Shown here: positions 10,783 through 20,595 of the stretch, one piece after another
Layout of the letters: the number at the start of each line of letters is the position of its first letter
Numbering within the stretch: the stretch's first letter is position 1
Assembly: GCA_040218735.1 (NCBI GenBank)
Contig: JAVJQW010000050.1
Span: forward strand, 96,001-160,000
Direction of reading: 5' to 3'
Length of the DNA stretch: 64,000 nucleotides
Origin: Deltaproteobacteria bacterium
GTDB taxonomy: Bacteria; Myxococcota; Kuafuiibacteriia; Kuafuiibacteriales; Kuafuiibacteriaceae
Position numbers and translations under genes: made by a program
Notes under the pieces: model-generated
Told to the model about the DNA's origin: nothing
What the model saw: the letters and a program-made list of their open reading frames with translations, nothing else
Database searches by the model: none

Positions 10783-11811
10783 TCACTTCCCTGCCTTGTC
10801 CTCGGACTTGGTGCGCGGCGCCTCGAACGAGGGCAGCGCCGGGCCCGGCTTCTTCGAGTCGTTCGACGCGGCCTCGGGGGCCTTCGCGGCCGCCGCCGCG
10901 TCGTGCACCTTCTCGGGCTCCGCCTTCGGCGCCTCGACGGGCTTGGCCTCGGCCTTCTCCGCGGGCTTCGCCGCCTCGACCTTCTCTGCGGGCTTCGCGG
11001 GCTCGGCCTTCGTATCCGCCTTCGCGGCCACGGGCTTGTCGGCGGGCTTCACCCCCTCGGCGTTCGCGGCGGCCTTCGCCGGGTCGGCCTTCGCCGGATC
11101 GGCCTTCGCCGGGTCGGCCTTCGCGGGCTCGGCCTTCGTGTCCGGCTTCGCAGCCTGGGCCTTCGCGGGGTCGGCCTTCGCATCCGGCTTCGCAGCCTCC
11201 GCTTTCGCGGCCTCCTCCTTCGCGGGCGCCCCCTGCGGATGCACGACCGGCAGCGCGGGGTTGTGCCCGGGCACCGGTCCGGTGTGAGGCCCGCTCTTTT
11301 GGCACAGGTACGCCTTGCCGCCGAGCGACGGTGCGAGGGCCTTGAGCTTGCCGAGGAGCGTGTCGATCGAGGCTTCGTCGAGGTGCTCGTAGTAGTCCAT
11401 CCCGACCTTCATCATCGGGCCCGAGCCGCAGCTCGCGAGGCACTCCACCTCCATGAGGCTGAACATGCCGTCCTCGGTCTGGTGGCCGATCTCGATCCCG
11501 AGCCGCTCGACGAGGTGTTTCATCAGCAGGTCCGCGCCGGCGAGGTGACACGCGATGTTCGTGCACAGCTCGATGTGGAACTGCCCCTCCGGATGCTCGT
11601 GGAACATCTCGTAGAAGGTCACGACCTCGCGGACGCGCGTCGGCGCGACATCGAGCGTGTGGGCGACGAGGAGCTGCGCCTCGGGGGGCAGCGCGCCGTA
11701 CTTCTCCTGCGTCAGGTGCAGGACGGGCAGCAGGGCCGCCGCCTTGTTGGGATAACGCGCGACGATCCCATCGATCGTCGCCCGCTCCTCGGCGGTGAAT
11801 TCGAGGGCCAT
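10783..11811 (-). CDS. nuoE: NADH-quinone oxidoreductase subunit E with long Ala/Lys/Pro-rich C-terminal tail
   Basis: CTNIAC...ECLASC 2Fe-2S ligands; VVTFYEMF; repetitive tail. Confidence 0.92.
   Translation of the reverse strand: MALEFTAEERATIDGIVARYPNKAAALLPVLHLTQEKYGALPPEAQLLVAHTLDVAPTRVREVVTFYEMFHEHPEGQFHIELCTNIACHLAGADLLMKHLVERLGIEIGHQTEDGMFSLMEVECLASCGSGPMMKVGMDYYEHLDEASIDTLLGKLKALAPSLGGKAYLCQKSGPHTGPVPGHNPALPVVHPQGAPAKEEAAKAEAAKPDAKADPAKAQAAKPDTKAEPAKADPAKADPAKADPAKAAANAEGVKPADKPVAAKADTKAEPAKPAEKVEAAKPAEKAEAKPVEAPKAEPEKVHDAAAAAKAPEAASNDSKKPGPALPSFEAPRTKSEDKAGK
11072..11190 (-). repeat. 15-bp coding tandem repeats (AKADP)n in the nuoE tail
   Basis: GCCTTCGCCGGGTCG-type units repeated. 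Confidence 0.8.
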
Positions 11812-11835
11812 CCGGTGCCCCTCCTAGCACAAGGC

Positions 11836-12543
11836 TCACCCGGCAACGAGGCCCAAGATCCGGTGCGGGCCGAGCTCGGCCACCACCGCCGCGAAGGCCC
11901 CCGAGACCCCCAGGACGACCAGCACCGCGGCCAGCACCCGTCCCCGCACCGTGGCCTGCGTCCGACGGGTCGCGGCGGCCGCCGCGTGGACGAGCGCGAG
12001 GGTCGCCAAGCCCGGGAGGAGCAGGAGCGTGGCGAGGATCGCCGATCCGGTCTTCACGATCGCCGCAGCGACGACGAGGGCCCCGAGCACGACGAGCGGC
12101 TCCAGGCTCAGCCGGAGCAGCTCGCGGGACCCGCCCAGGCACAGCACGGCGAGGCACATCGCGAACAAGATCAACGCGATCCGCACGATGAAGCGCTTGG
12201 TGGTGGCCTCCGAGAGCCACTGGGCCTGGCGACGCGCGTGGACGCCCCACCCGGGGTGTTTCTCGAGCTCGGCGGCCCGGGCCTCCCCGAGGATTTCGTG
12301 GCCGAGGGCCACGTGGGCGTCCAGCTCCAGGCGGATCCGGCGGGGATCCGTCCGCGGGACGTCGGCGCTGAGCAGGACGTCGAGCGCGCCCGACGGATCC
12401 TTCGCGAACAGGAGGGTCTCCGCGCGGGTCATCGGGTCCACGGACTCGGCGGCGCGGGCCCAGTCCTGGGCGGCGTCGGGCTCCGTCAGGACCGGCGGCA
12501 CCGGGGCGGCGGTGGCGACGAGGAGCAGGAGGGCGGCCGTCAC
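11836..12543 (-). CDS. Hypothetical membrane protein
   Basis: Signal-like N-terminus and about 4 C-terminal hydrophobic helices; start approximate. Confidence 0.55.
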   Translation of the reverse strand: MTAALLLLVATAAPVPPVLTEPDAAQDWARAAESVDPMTRAETLLFAKDPSGALDVLLSADVPRTDPRRIRLELDAHVALGHEILGEARAAELEKHPGWGVHARRQAQWLSEATTKRFIVRIALILFAMCLAVLCLGGSRELLRLSLEPLVVLGALVVAAAIVKTGSAILATLLLLPGLATLALVHAAAAATRRTQATVRGRVLAAVLVVLGVSGAFAAVVAELGPHRILGLVAG

Positions 12544-12626
12544 GGCTCGAAACGGTACCCCCTCGGCCCGAGCGACGCGAGGGGGCCTCGCCTGCGCTCG
12601 CCGCATTTGGTATTTCAAGAGGAGGC

Positions 12627-13445
12627 GTGGCGGTCAAACAGAAGGACAAGGGGCTGTTCGGCGGCAAGAGTCGCTACGGTGCCGAGGATGAGCCCGCCAA
12701 GCCGAGCGCGGACGCGATCATCTCCGCGGAGATCGACAACCTCGAGAAGGATCTCAACGAGCTGCGCTCGCAGTACGAGCTGTACTTCATGGGCGTCGAA
12801 AAGCTCGAGCCCACGCAGCAGCGCGATCACCTGAAGTCCACGCTGCGGCGTTGGCAGGAAATGCGCCCCAAGAACACCGCGCTGAAGTTCCGCATCCAGC
12901 AGCTCAAGGCGCGGATGGTGTCGCTCGAGAACTACTGGAGCCGCATCACCCGTCAGCGCGAGGCCGGCACCTACCACCGCGACAAGGCGCGTGTGTCGCG
13001 CCGCGAGCAGGACCGGATGGCGCGCGAGCACGCGATGAAGCGGGCCTTGGAGGCCGAGCGCGGATCGGGCGCGATGACCGCGGATCACCGCCGTCCGCCG
13101 GGGAGCGAGGGGCAGGCGATCACCGGACAGGCGCTGCGCGACGGCAAGTCGGGCGCGTCGACGGCGGGGCACGGGCGGACGCCCGCCGCGGCGAGCGCGT
13201 CGATGTCACGACCGCGGGCCAGCTCGGCGGAGGATCTCACCGAGCCGAAGCTGCGCAAGCTCTACCAGACCTACGTCGGCGCGCGGAAACGGTGCGGCGA
13301 GAAGGTGGATCTGCGCTTCGAGGACATGGCGGCGGCGCTGCGCAAGCAGGTGCCGAAGCTGATGAAGGACACGGGCGCCAAATCCGTGGAGTTCAAGGTC
13401 GTCATCCGCGGCGGCCGAGCGGTGCTCAAAGCCCTACCCAAGTGA
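12627..13445 (+). CDS. MXAN_5187 C-terminal-domain-like protein
   Basis: YELYFMGVEKLEP N-domain; C-terminal LYQTYVGARKRCGE...VEFKVVIRGGRAVLKA, recognised from myxobacterial proteins. Confidence 0.75.
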   Translation: MAVKQKDKGLFGGKSRYGAEDEPAKPSADAIISAEIDNLEKDLNELRSQYELYFMGVEKLEPTQQRDHLKSTLRRWQEMRPKNTALKFRIQQLKARMVSLENYWSRITRQREAGTYHRDKARVSRREQDRMAREHAMKRALEAERGSGAMTADHRRPPGSEGQAITGQALRDGKSGASTAGHGRTPAAASASMSRPRASSAEDLTEPKLRKLYQTYVGARKRCGEKVDLRFEDMAAALRKQVPKLMKDTGAKSVEFKVVIRGGRAVLKALPK

Positions 13446-13525
13446 CGCCGTGCGCGGCCGGCGGCCGGCCCGCGGCACTCCCTGCTTGACCCTGTGCTCC
13501 AGCGCGGTCATGTGTACCCCCGAAA

Positions 13526-14059
13526 ATGGCCTACACGATCGTCGAGGACTGCACCGGCTGTACCGCCTGCGTGAAGCGCTGCCCGACGGACGCGATCAAG
13601 GGGGTCCGTAAGGGCCTGCACGACATCGATCCGGACCTTTGCATCGACTGCGGCGCCTGCGCCCCGGTCTGCGCGGACAACGCCATCTTCAACAACTACG
13701 GCGACCGGATCGAGTTCAAGAAGAAGAAGAGCTGGCCGTTCGCGTTCGTGGACGAGATCAACTGCGTCGGCTGTGAAAAGTGCGTCGACGAGTGTCCGTT
13801 CGACGCCCTTCGGATCGTCGAGCACCCGGTCGACGCCTCCTTCCACGGCATCTGCATCGTCGAGGAGAAGCGCTGCACCGGCTGCCGCATCTGCGAGTGG
13901 GCCTGCCCGTACGACGCCATCTTCATCTACCCGAAGGACGACTCCCCGCAGTGGCTCCAGGAGGCGGTGCTCCCGCGCCCCGACGGCCGCAAGGAAGAGG
14001 TCGACTGGCGTCACTGGTCGTCGACCCAGCCGGTCGGCAACGTCATCAACGACGAGTGA
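13526..14059 (+). CDS. Polyferredoxin with four [4Fe-4S] motifs
   Basis: CTGCTACVKRCP, CIDCGACAPVC, CVGCEKCVDECP, CTGCRICEWACP. Confidence 0.9.
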   Translation: MAYTIVEDCTGCTACVKRCPTDAIKGVRKGLHDIDPDLCIDCGACAPVCADNAIFNNYGDRIEFKKKKSWPFAFVDEINCVGCEKCVDECPFDALRIVEHPVDASFHGICIVEEKRCTGCRICEWACPYDAIFIYPKDDSPQWLQEAVLPRPDGRKEEVDWRHWSSTQPVGNVINDE

Positions 14060-14364
14060 CCACCCTCGCGCTCACGGGCGACGTCGACCGCGACATCGCC
14101 GCGCTCTTCATCGAACAGCTCGCCGGCCTCACCACGGCCGACGCCCCCCTCACCCTCGACATGGCGGAAGCCGACATCGAGGACGCCCAAGTGTGCGCCC
14201 GCCTCATCGAAGCGATCCGTCACGCGGCGCTCAAGGTGAAGAGCGTGCAGCTGATCGAGCCCCCGCAGGTCCTGGCGCACGGCCTCTACCGCGTCGGCGC
14301 GCTGGCCCCCGGCACGGCGATCCACGTCGTGGACCCGCGCACCGAGATCCCGACCTCGAGCTGA
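14056..14364 (+). CDS. Small STAS-like hypothetical protein
   Basis: GTGA overlap with the ferredoxin stop; LALTGDVD...LTLDMAEAD resembles a STAS fold. Confidence 0.5.
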   Translation: MTTLALTGDVDRDIAALFIEQLAGLTTADAPLTLDMAEADIEDAQVCARLIEAIRHAALKVKSVQLIEPPQVLAHGLYRVGALAPGTAIHVVDPRTEIPTSS

Positions 14365-14373
14365 CCGCGAGCG

Positions 14374-15642
14374 TCAGTCCTTCGTGAAGAGGCGCTTCCA
14401 CCACGGCTTCTTCGGCGCGGCCTCGGGCGTCGCTTCCTCGTCCGTCTTCAGGCGCGCGAAGCCGACGATGCCGTCCGTCGCGTTGGCGACGAAGACGAGC
14501 GGCGTCAGCTGATAGCTCGGCTCCTGCTCCGCGTAGGCGTTCTCGGCGAGCGCGACCATCGTGCCGATGTGCTGCGGGTCGCAGGCCGCGATCAGCGCGA
14601 GCTGCGAGCCCGGGATCGCGACGAAGAGCATCTCGCCGTCGAGGGTCTCCGTCATCGCGCGCAGGAACGAAGGGTCGAGGAGCTTCGACGTCGCGAAGAA
14701 GTGCCCCGTGAGGGCGAGGACCGTGAAGCCGTCGACCTCGAGGCGCTCCGTCTCGACGTGGATCTGCGCGAGGCCCGCGACGGCGTGCTCGAGGAGTGTG
14801 TCGAAGCCCTCGCGATCGAGGTCCAGGATGTACGCGATCGAGCTGGGCATGTCGCGCGCGAGGTAGATCCACGGCATCGCCTCGACGTCGGGCACGTCGA
14901 GGAGCGGTCGGCGCGCTTCGTCGTGCTCGACGTCCGTGCGCAGCGGGAGCCGCAGGACGGGGACGATGGGGCCGTCCGCCTCCTCCTTGAAGTTGGCGAC
15001 GATGCGCGACGGGCCCTCGTTCGGCGACTCGTGGAAGAAGCGCTCCGCGCGACCGAAGAGGTTCGCGGACGCACCTTCGACGTCGACCGTGAACGGGAAG
15101 CCCGCGAGGAACGTCTCGTCGCGGACCCAGCGCCCGCCGGACTCGCGATGCATCAACGCCGCGCCGGCCGCCGCGCCGAGCTGGAGGATCAACGTGTAGC
15201 GCTCCTCGGGGTACAGGTCGTCGAAACCTTCGAAGCGCGGAGCGAGCGCGGCCTCCAGCGCGTGCAGCCCATCGACCGTCGCTTCGAGCCCGTGCTCCGC
15301 GAAGACCTCCGCGGCGACGTTCGCGAGCGCGCCGTGCAGCGCCTCTTCGGCCACGGCCTGGTCGACCGTCTGCAGGCGTTCGAGCGGCTCCATCGCCGCG
15401 TGGACCTCGGCGCCGGCCGCCTCGACGACGCGCCGAAACGTCTCGGGGGGCTCCTGCACGAAGTCCATCCGGACGGCCTCGACGACCCCGTGCGACAGCG
15501 GCCCCCAGATGCGCGCGAGCGCCAACGCCACCGAACGATCGAAGTCGATCTCGTCGGGCCCGCGGTGGTCCGTCTGCACCCCCACGTTGCTCCCGTCGTC
15601 CTCCGCGACGACGATGTCGACCTTGTCGATGTCGCAGAACAT
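14374..15642 (-). CDS. Hypothetical protein, directly abutting the TRAP permease gene
   Basis: ATG immediately follows the permease TAG; normal codon usage; ends in KKPWWKRLF. Confidence 0.65.
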   Translation of the reverse strand: MFCDIDKVDIVVAEDDGSNVGVQTDHRGPDEIDFDRSVALALARIWGPLSHGVVEAVRMDFVQEPPETFRRVVEAAGAEVHAAMEPLERLQTVDQAVAEEALHGALANVAAEVFAEHGLEATVDGLHALEAALAPRFEGFDDLYPEERYTLILQLGAAAGAALMHRESGGRWVRDETFLAGFPFTVDVEGASANLFGRAERFFHESPNEGPSRIVANFKEEADGPIVPVLRLPLRTDVEHDEARRPLLDVPDVEAMPWIYLARDMPSSIAYILDLDREGFDTLLEHAVAGLAQIHVETERLEVDGFTVLALTGHFFATSKLLDPSFLRAMTETLDGEMLFVAIPGSQLALIAACDPQHIGTMVALAENAYAEQEPSYQLTPLVFVANATDGIVGFARLKTDEEATPEAAPKKPWWKRLFTKD

Positions 15643-17499
15643 CTAGAACTGAATGTCGATCGCCTTCTCCTGCGGTCCGAACACCCACTCCACCGGCGCC
15701 AACGTCAGGTCCGGGACGTACGTAATCAAGAGCACGGCGAGGATGAGGATCAGCAGGAACGGGATCGCGTAGCGGTACACCTTCGTGAGCGGCTCTTCGA
15801 ACCGGTACGAAGACAGGAACAGGTTCATGCCGACCGGCGGCGTGAGGAAGCCGAGCTCGAGGTTCGCGAGGAAGATGATGCCGAGGTGAATCGGGTCGAT
15901 GCCGAAGTGGCGACCGATCGGGAGGATGAGCGGCACCACCACGACGATCGCGCTGAAGATGTCCATCAAACACCCGACCACGAGCAGGAACAGGTTCAGG
16001 ACGATCAGGAACACGATCTTCGACTCGATGCCGCCCTGCACCCACTCCAGCGCGAGCTCGGGGACACCGCCGTCGACGAGGTACGAAGTGAACCCCATCG
16101 CGACACCCAAGATGATCAACACGCCGCCGACGAGGCTCGCGCAGTCGCGCCCGACGCGAACGAGGTCCTCCTTGATCGACAGGTCCTTGTAGATCACGAC
16201 CTCGACGAACAGCGCGTACGCCGCGGTGAGCGCCGCGGCCTCCACGATCGTGGTGAGCCCGAGGAAGATGCCGCCGATGACGATCAGCGGGAGCACCAGC
16301 TCCCACGCCGCACCGCGCACCGCGGCGAACGCTTCCTTCGCGTCGAACGGGACGCGCTTCACCTCGGACTTCATCCCGGTGCGCACGCCGAGCAACGACA
16401 GCGCACCGACGAGCACGAAGCCCGGCAGGATGCCGGCGACGAACATCTTGTCGACGGGCACGTGCGCCGTGACCGCGTAGAGGATCACGGGCAGCGACGG
16501 CGGGAACAGCAGACCGATGCTCCCGGACGCCGTGAGCATCCCGACCGAGAAGCCCTTCGGGTACATCTCCTGCCGCAGGACCGGATAGAGCAGCCCGCCG
16601 AGCGCGAGGATCGTGACGCCGGAGGCGCCGGTGAACGTGGTGAAGAACGCACACACCACCGCGGTCATCACGGCGGTGCCGCCCGGCATCCACCCGAACA
16701 GCGCGCGGAACGCTCGCACCAGGCGGGTCGACGCGTTCGCCTCCGCCAGGATGTACCCGGTGAAGGTGAACAGCGGAATGCTCGGCATGATCGGCGACTT
16801 GATCTGCCGCACCGTCTCCGCCGCGACCGCCGCCACCGGGACGTCGTCGGCCCAGAAGAACAACACCGCCGCGGCACCCAGCGCGACGTAGATCGGTGCG
16901 CCGAGCCCCGTCGCGATCAACACGATCACGACGCCCGGCCACAGCACCCCCTCGGCGGTCTCGTAGCCGGCGCCCTTCGCGTACCAGAGCACGCCGCCGA
17001 CCACCGCGACCAACACCCCGCGCGCGATCCAGGACTTGTACTTCGCGAGGATCAGCCGCAGCGCGATCACCGCGTAGCCGACCGGCATCACCACCTGGCC
17101 GACCCACACCGGGATGCCCGGCGGGATGACTTGCGTCGACGCCATCTCGGCCTCGACGGAACCCCACGCACCCCACGCGAGCGCGCCCGTGACGATCGCC
17201 GCGATGGTCACACTCACCGCGCGCGCGACTTGTTCGGCGCGCCCCTTCAACAGCGCGCTACCGGTGGAGAGCGCGAGGTGTTTGTCGTCGCGCGTCGCGA
17301 GCATCGCGCCCGTGAAGCCGATCCACATCGTCAGCATCGAGACGTACTGGATCGACCCCGGCACGCTCACGCCGAAGATGCGCGCGACGATCTCGATCAG
17401 CGGCAACACCGCCATGACGACGAGGATGACGACGTTGAGCGCGTCCTCGGCGAAGTGCAGCTTGGCGAGCCAGCCCGCCGCTGATCGGTCTTCGGTCAC
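15643..17499 (-). CDS. dctM: TRAP transporter fused small/large permease (DctQ-DctM)
   Basis: SGSIGLLFPPSLPVILY, NLELGFLTPPVGMNLF; N-terminal DctQ-like HLA segment. Confidence 0.9.
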   Translation of the reverse strand: MTEDRSAAGWLAKLHFAEDALNVVILVVMAVLPLIEIVARIFGVSVPGSIQYVSMLTMWIGFTGAMLATRDDKHLALSTGSALLKGRAEQVARAVSVTIAAIVTGALAWGAWGSVEAEMASTQVIPPGIPVWVGQVVMPVGYAVIALRLILAKYKSWIARGVLVAVVGGVLWYAKGAGYETAEGVLWPGVVIVLIATGLGAPIYVALGAAAVLFFWADDVPVAAVAAETVRQIKSPIMPSIPLFTFTGYILAEANASTRLVRAFRALFGWMPGGTAVMTAVVCAFFTTFTGASGVTILALGGLLYPVLRQEMYPKGFSVGMLTASGSIGLLFPPSLPVILYAVTAHVPVDKMFVAGILPGFVLVGALSLLGVRTGMKSEVKRVPFDAKEAFAAVRGAAWELVLPLIVIGGIFLGLTTIVEAAALTAAYALFVEVVIYKDLSIKEDLVRVGRDCASLVGGVLIILGVAMGFTSYLVDGGVPELALEWVQGGIESKIVFLIVLNLFLLVVGCLMDIFSAIVVVVPLILPIGRHFGIDPIHLGIIFLANLELGFLTPPVGMNLFLSSYRFEEPLTKVYRYAIPFLLILILAVLLITYVPDLTLAPVEWVFGPQEKAIDIQF

Positions 17500-18527
17500 T
17501 TCTTGGACTTGCGGTACGCCTCGACGAGGCGCTTCACCTCGTCGAAGAGCTCGGCGGAGACCACCTTACCGCGGAGCGCGGGGTACGCCTTCTCGGCGGC
17601 CTGCTGCCACTCGGTCTGCGTCTTCGCGTCGACCTGGTGCACCGTGAGGCCGCGCTTGGCCATCTCGTCGATCGCGCGCTGTCCGAGGGAGCGGACCTCC
17701 GTCTTCACGGCCTCGCCCTCTTCTTCCGCGATCTTCTTCAGCTGCGGCCGAAGCTCGGCGGGGATCTTCTCCCACGTGGCGCGCGAGATGATCGTCGCGC
17801 CGTTCAGCGGGGCCCACTTGATCGCGACCATGTGCTTCGCGAGGCCGAACCACTGCGACGTCAGCGCGTACACCGGCGCCGTCGAGAAGCTCTCCACCAT
17901 CCCGGTCTGAAGGCCGGAGAGGACGTCGGTCGCCGACATCGGCACGACGTTGAAGTTCGACATGCGCCACGCCGCCTCGGCCTCCGGATCCCCGGCCCAC
18001 ACGAACAGCTTCGTCTTGCGGACGTCGTCCGGCGACACCGCCTTCTCCTTGGAGAAGAAGTGCACCCACCCGGCGTCGCCCCACTGCAGCACGACGACGC
18101 CGTTCTTCGGGTCGTCGTTGCCGGCGTCGAAGAGCGCCTTCTCGATGCGCGGCGCGATGCGCTCGCGCACGTAGTCGAGCTCCTCGTACGAGGAGAACAT
18201 CATCGGGATCTGCAGCGCGACGCTGTCGCGGGTGATGCGCGACAGGCCGATGTTCGTGACGGTCGCCGCGTGGAGCTGGCCGATCCGCATCTTGCGGATC
18301 ATGTCGCCCTCGTCGCCCGCGACACCGCCGGGATAGATGCGCAGCGTGACCTTGCCGCCGGAGGTCTTCTTCCAGCGTTCGCCGACCTTCTGCATGCCGT
18401 TGAACCAGGGCGATCCCTTGGGCGCGAGCGTGCCGTGTTTGACCTTAACGGGCCGCGCCTCGGCGGCGGTAGAGAGGCCCGCGACCAGCGCGAGGCCGAG
18501 CATCGAACGGAGAATAGGCGTCATCAT
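17496..18527 (-). CDS. dctP: TRAP substrate-binding protein DctP (TatP-type)
   Basis: GTLAPKGSPW, YPGGVAGDEGDMIRKMRIGQL, LSGLQTG; signal peptide. Confidence 0.9.
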   Translation of the reverse strand: MMTPILRSMLGLALVAGLSTAAEARPVKVKHGTLAPKGSPWFNGMQKVGERWKKTSGGKVTLRIYPGGVAGDEGDMIRKMRIGQLHAATVTNIGLSRITRDSVALQIPMMFSSYEELDYVRERIAPRIEKALFDAGNDDPKNGVVVLQWGDAGWVHFFSKEKAVSPDDVRKTKLFVWAGDPEAEAAWRMSNFNVVPMSATDVLSGLQTGMVESFSTAPVYALTSQWFGLAKHMVAIKWAPLNGATIISRATWEKIPAELRPQLKKIAEEEGEAVKTEVRSLGQRAIDEMAKRGLTVHQVDAKTQTEWQQAAEKAYPALRGKVVSAELFDEVKRLVEAYRKSKK

Positions 18528-19462
18528 GTGCTCTCGCTGCTTTCTACCGAGGCCGAGGAGGTCTCGGTTTCATCCGCTCCGACGTCGTCCAAGAAGAGGT
18601 CTTCCGACGACGCCTTCAGCCGCTTCGCGCGGCGCATGAAGATCGTGTTTTCGAGGCGCTTCTTCGGGTGGGCGTCGACGTCGATCGCCATCGCGGTGTT
18701 CAGCGCGCGGTGGAACGCGCGGGAGTCCTGCTCCTTCACACACACCGACTCGGCGAAGGAGACGTACAGGCCGACCGAGGTCCCCCCGGACAGCTCCAGC
18801 GCGCGGCGGTAGTGCGTCTTCGCCACCTCGAGATCCCCGCCGGGCCGCGCGGCTTCGAGGGACATCATCATCGAGTGCACCGCGCCGTCGCCGTAGGTGT
18901 CGTCGAGCTCGAGGAGCCGCCCGCCCATCGCCTGGACCGTCGGAAACTCCGCCAACGCGGCGGGATCGAACTTGGCGGCCGCGATGGACAGCGCCCACGA
19001 GGCGGTCGTCCAGTACAGGTGCCCGACGTCGTCGGGCCCGAGGCGAGCGAGCGCCGCCTGCGAATCGGCCGACACCTGCTTCGAGAACCCTTCGTGCTCC
19101 ACGTCCAACCCCCGCATCCCGTACCCACGCGCCCTGAGCAGGAGCTTGCGACCGCGCGCCCGAATGCGGTCGGACTGCTCGATGCTCTCTTCGGCCACTC
19201 GGTCGGCGTCTTGAAGTACGAACGCATAGGCGTACTGCGTGAATCCCGAAGCCAGCGCGAGCAAGAGGCCGCGGTGCTCGGGTTGTTCGACGAGCACACC
19301 CTCCATGGTCTTCAGACCAAACGGCACGGCGGCGGCGACGAGCTCGGGATCGTCGTCGGTGCCGTAGCCTCCGCCCGAGCTCGACAGGGCGTCGGCCAAG
19401 ATCCCCGACGCGGAGCAGCCGGCCAGCAGCAGCGCCGGCGAGAGCAGCGTCAGAGCCCGCAT
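18524..19462 (-). CDS. tatT: TRAP transporter TatT component (TPR lipoprotein)
   Basis: LAGC lipobox; DDDPELVAAAVPFGLKTMEG; GFTQYAYAFV; adjacent to dctP. Confidence 0.85.
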   Translation of the reverse strand: MRALTLLSPALLLAGCSASGILADALSSSGGGYGTDDDPELVAAAVPFGLKTMEGVLVEQPEHRGLLLALASGFTQYAYAFVLQDADRVAEESIEQSDRIRARGRKLLLRARGYGMRGLDVEHEGFSKQVSADSQAALARLGPDDVGHLYWTTASWALSIAAAKFDPAALAEFPTVQAMGGRLLELDDTYGDGAVHSMMMSLEAARPGGDLEVAKTHYRRALELSGGTSVGLYVSFAESVCVKEQDSRAFHRALNTAMAIDVDAHPKKRLENTIFMRRAKRLKASSEDLFLDDVGADETETSSASVESSEST

Positions 19463-19547
19463 CGCCCGCGGTGGTCCCACGGGAGCAGATCCGAGGCAAG
19501 CCAGGACCGTGGGACGTTGTGCGCCGTCACGTACTTTTGACAGGGGG

Positions 19548-20090
19548 TCAGGGGGACTTCGGGACGGGGAGATCGTTGATGGTGATGGTCGGGTAGACCT
19601 TCCCCATCAAGGCCTGCACGTCGGGCCAGACCTTGGGATCCACGACGGTCACGACGAGGACGATGGTGTCGTTCTTCTCGATGAGGACCATCTCGCCGAC
19701 CTCGCGCCCGGTGATGACGAACCGCGTCGCGCGCTCGCCGCGGGAGGCGTCCACGCCGGGGAGCGTCATGTGTTGGGGCGGCGACGGCGCGGCCGACGGG
19801 TGCCGGCGCTTGAGCTCGCCGAGGTAGTCGTTCAGCTCCGAGGGGTGGAGCGCGGCGGCGACCAGGAGGCGCCCCTCACCGTTGGGCCCGACGAGCTCCA
19901 TGGAGCGACCGTTCGGGTGGCGATCGCCGGTCCACCCCGGCGGGATGCCGACACGCACCCGCCGGTTGATCGCCGCAAGGTCCTTACTCGCCCGGGTCAT
20001 CAGGGCGAGCTCACGCATGGTGAGCTTGACGGGTTTCGCGGCGGCCGCGACCGGCGCGAATACGAGGGCGGCGAGGAGCAACCAGCGCAC
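19548..20090 (-). CDS. Hypothetical exported protein
   Basis: Signal peptide VRWLLLAALVFAPVAAAA. Confidence 0.55.
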   Translation of the reverse strand: MRWLLLAALVFAPVAAAAKPVKLTMRELALMTRASKDLAAINRRVRVGIPPGWTGDRHPNGRSMELVGPNGEGRLLVAAALHPSELNDYLGELKRRHPSAAPSPPQHMTLPGVDASRGERATRFVITGREVGEMVLIEKNDTIVLVVTVVDPKVWPDVQALMGKVYPTITINDLPVPKSP

Positions 20091-20148
20091 GTCCCCGAGG
20101 GTATCAGATGCCTGGGTTTGGTCCCGAGATTGTTGTAAGACGCGAGCC

Positions 20149-20592
20149 GTGACGACGCTCAAGGACGCCATCCTCACCGACGACAAGCGCCCCCGCCTGG
20201 TGGACGACACCGCCCGCCTCGTGGACGACGAGGTGAGGGCCAAGGGCGGCATCTCCGGTATGGCCATCAAGGCCGGCTACAAGACCATCAACGCGATCAA
20301 GCCGACACTGGTGCGCGACGCCGTCGACAACCTCCTCGACCGCTTCGTCGAAAAGCTCGAGCCCTTCTACGCGAAGTGGAACGACGACGGCCGCAGCGGC
20401 ACCTTCGGCAACTATCTGTCGGGCCGCTCCCGCGAGGTCGCCAACGCCCTCCTCGCCGTCACGGACGACCGCGCGAAGAACGTCGACAACCGGACGATCA
20501 AGAAGACGTACGAGAAGCTCCGCCCGCAGGGTGAGAAGAACGTCGAAGCCGCGGTCCCGGGCCTCGGGCGCACGCTGGACCGGCACCTCTAG
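20149..20592 (+). CDS. Conserved hypothetical protein (DUF6918-like)
   Basis: KGGISGMAIKAGYK...ALLAVTDDRA...YEKLRP. Confidence 0.7.
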   Translation: MTTLKDAILTDDKRPRLVDDTARLVDDEVRAKGGISGMAIKAGYKTINAIKPTLVRDAVDNLLDRFVEKLEPFYAKWNDDGRSGTFGNYLSGRSREVANALLAVTDDRAKNVDNRTIKKTYEKLRPQGEKNVEAAVPGLGRTLDRHL

Positions 20593-20595
20593 CCC

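Noticed and set aside
9455-12667. 1070-aa ORF suggesting a giant NuoF fusion
   Set aside because: The upstream part is an Arg/Pro/Gly-rich shadow frame over nuoE and the next gene; real NuoF starts at ATG 10780.
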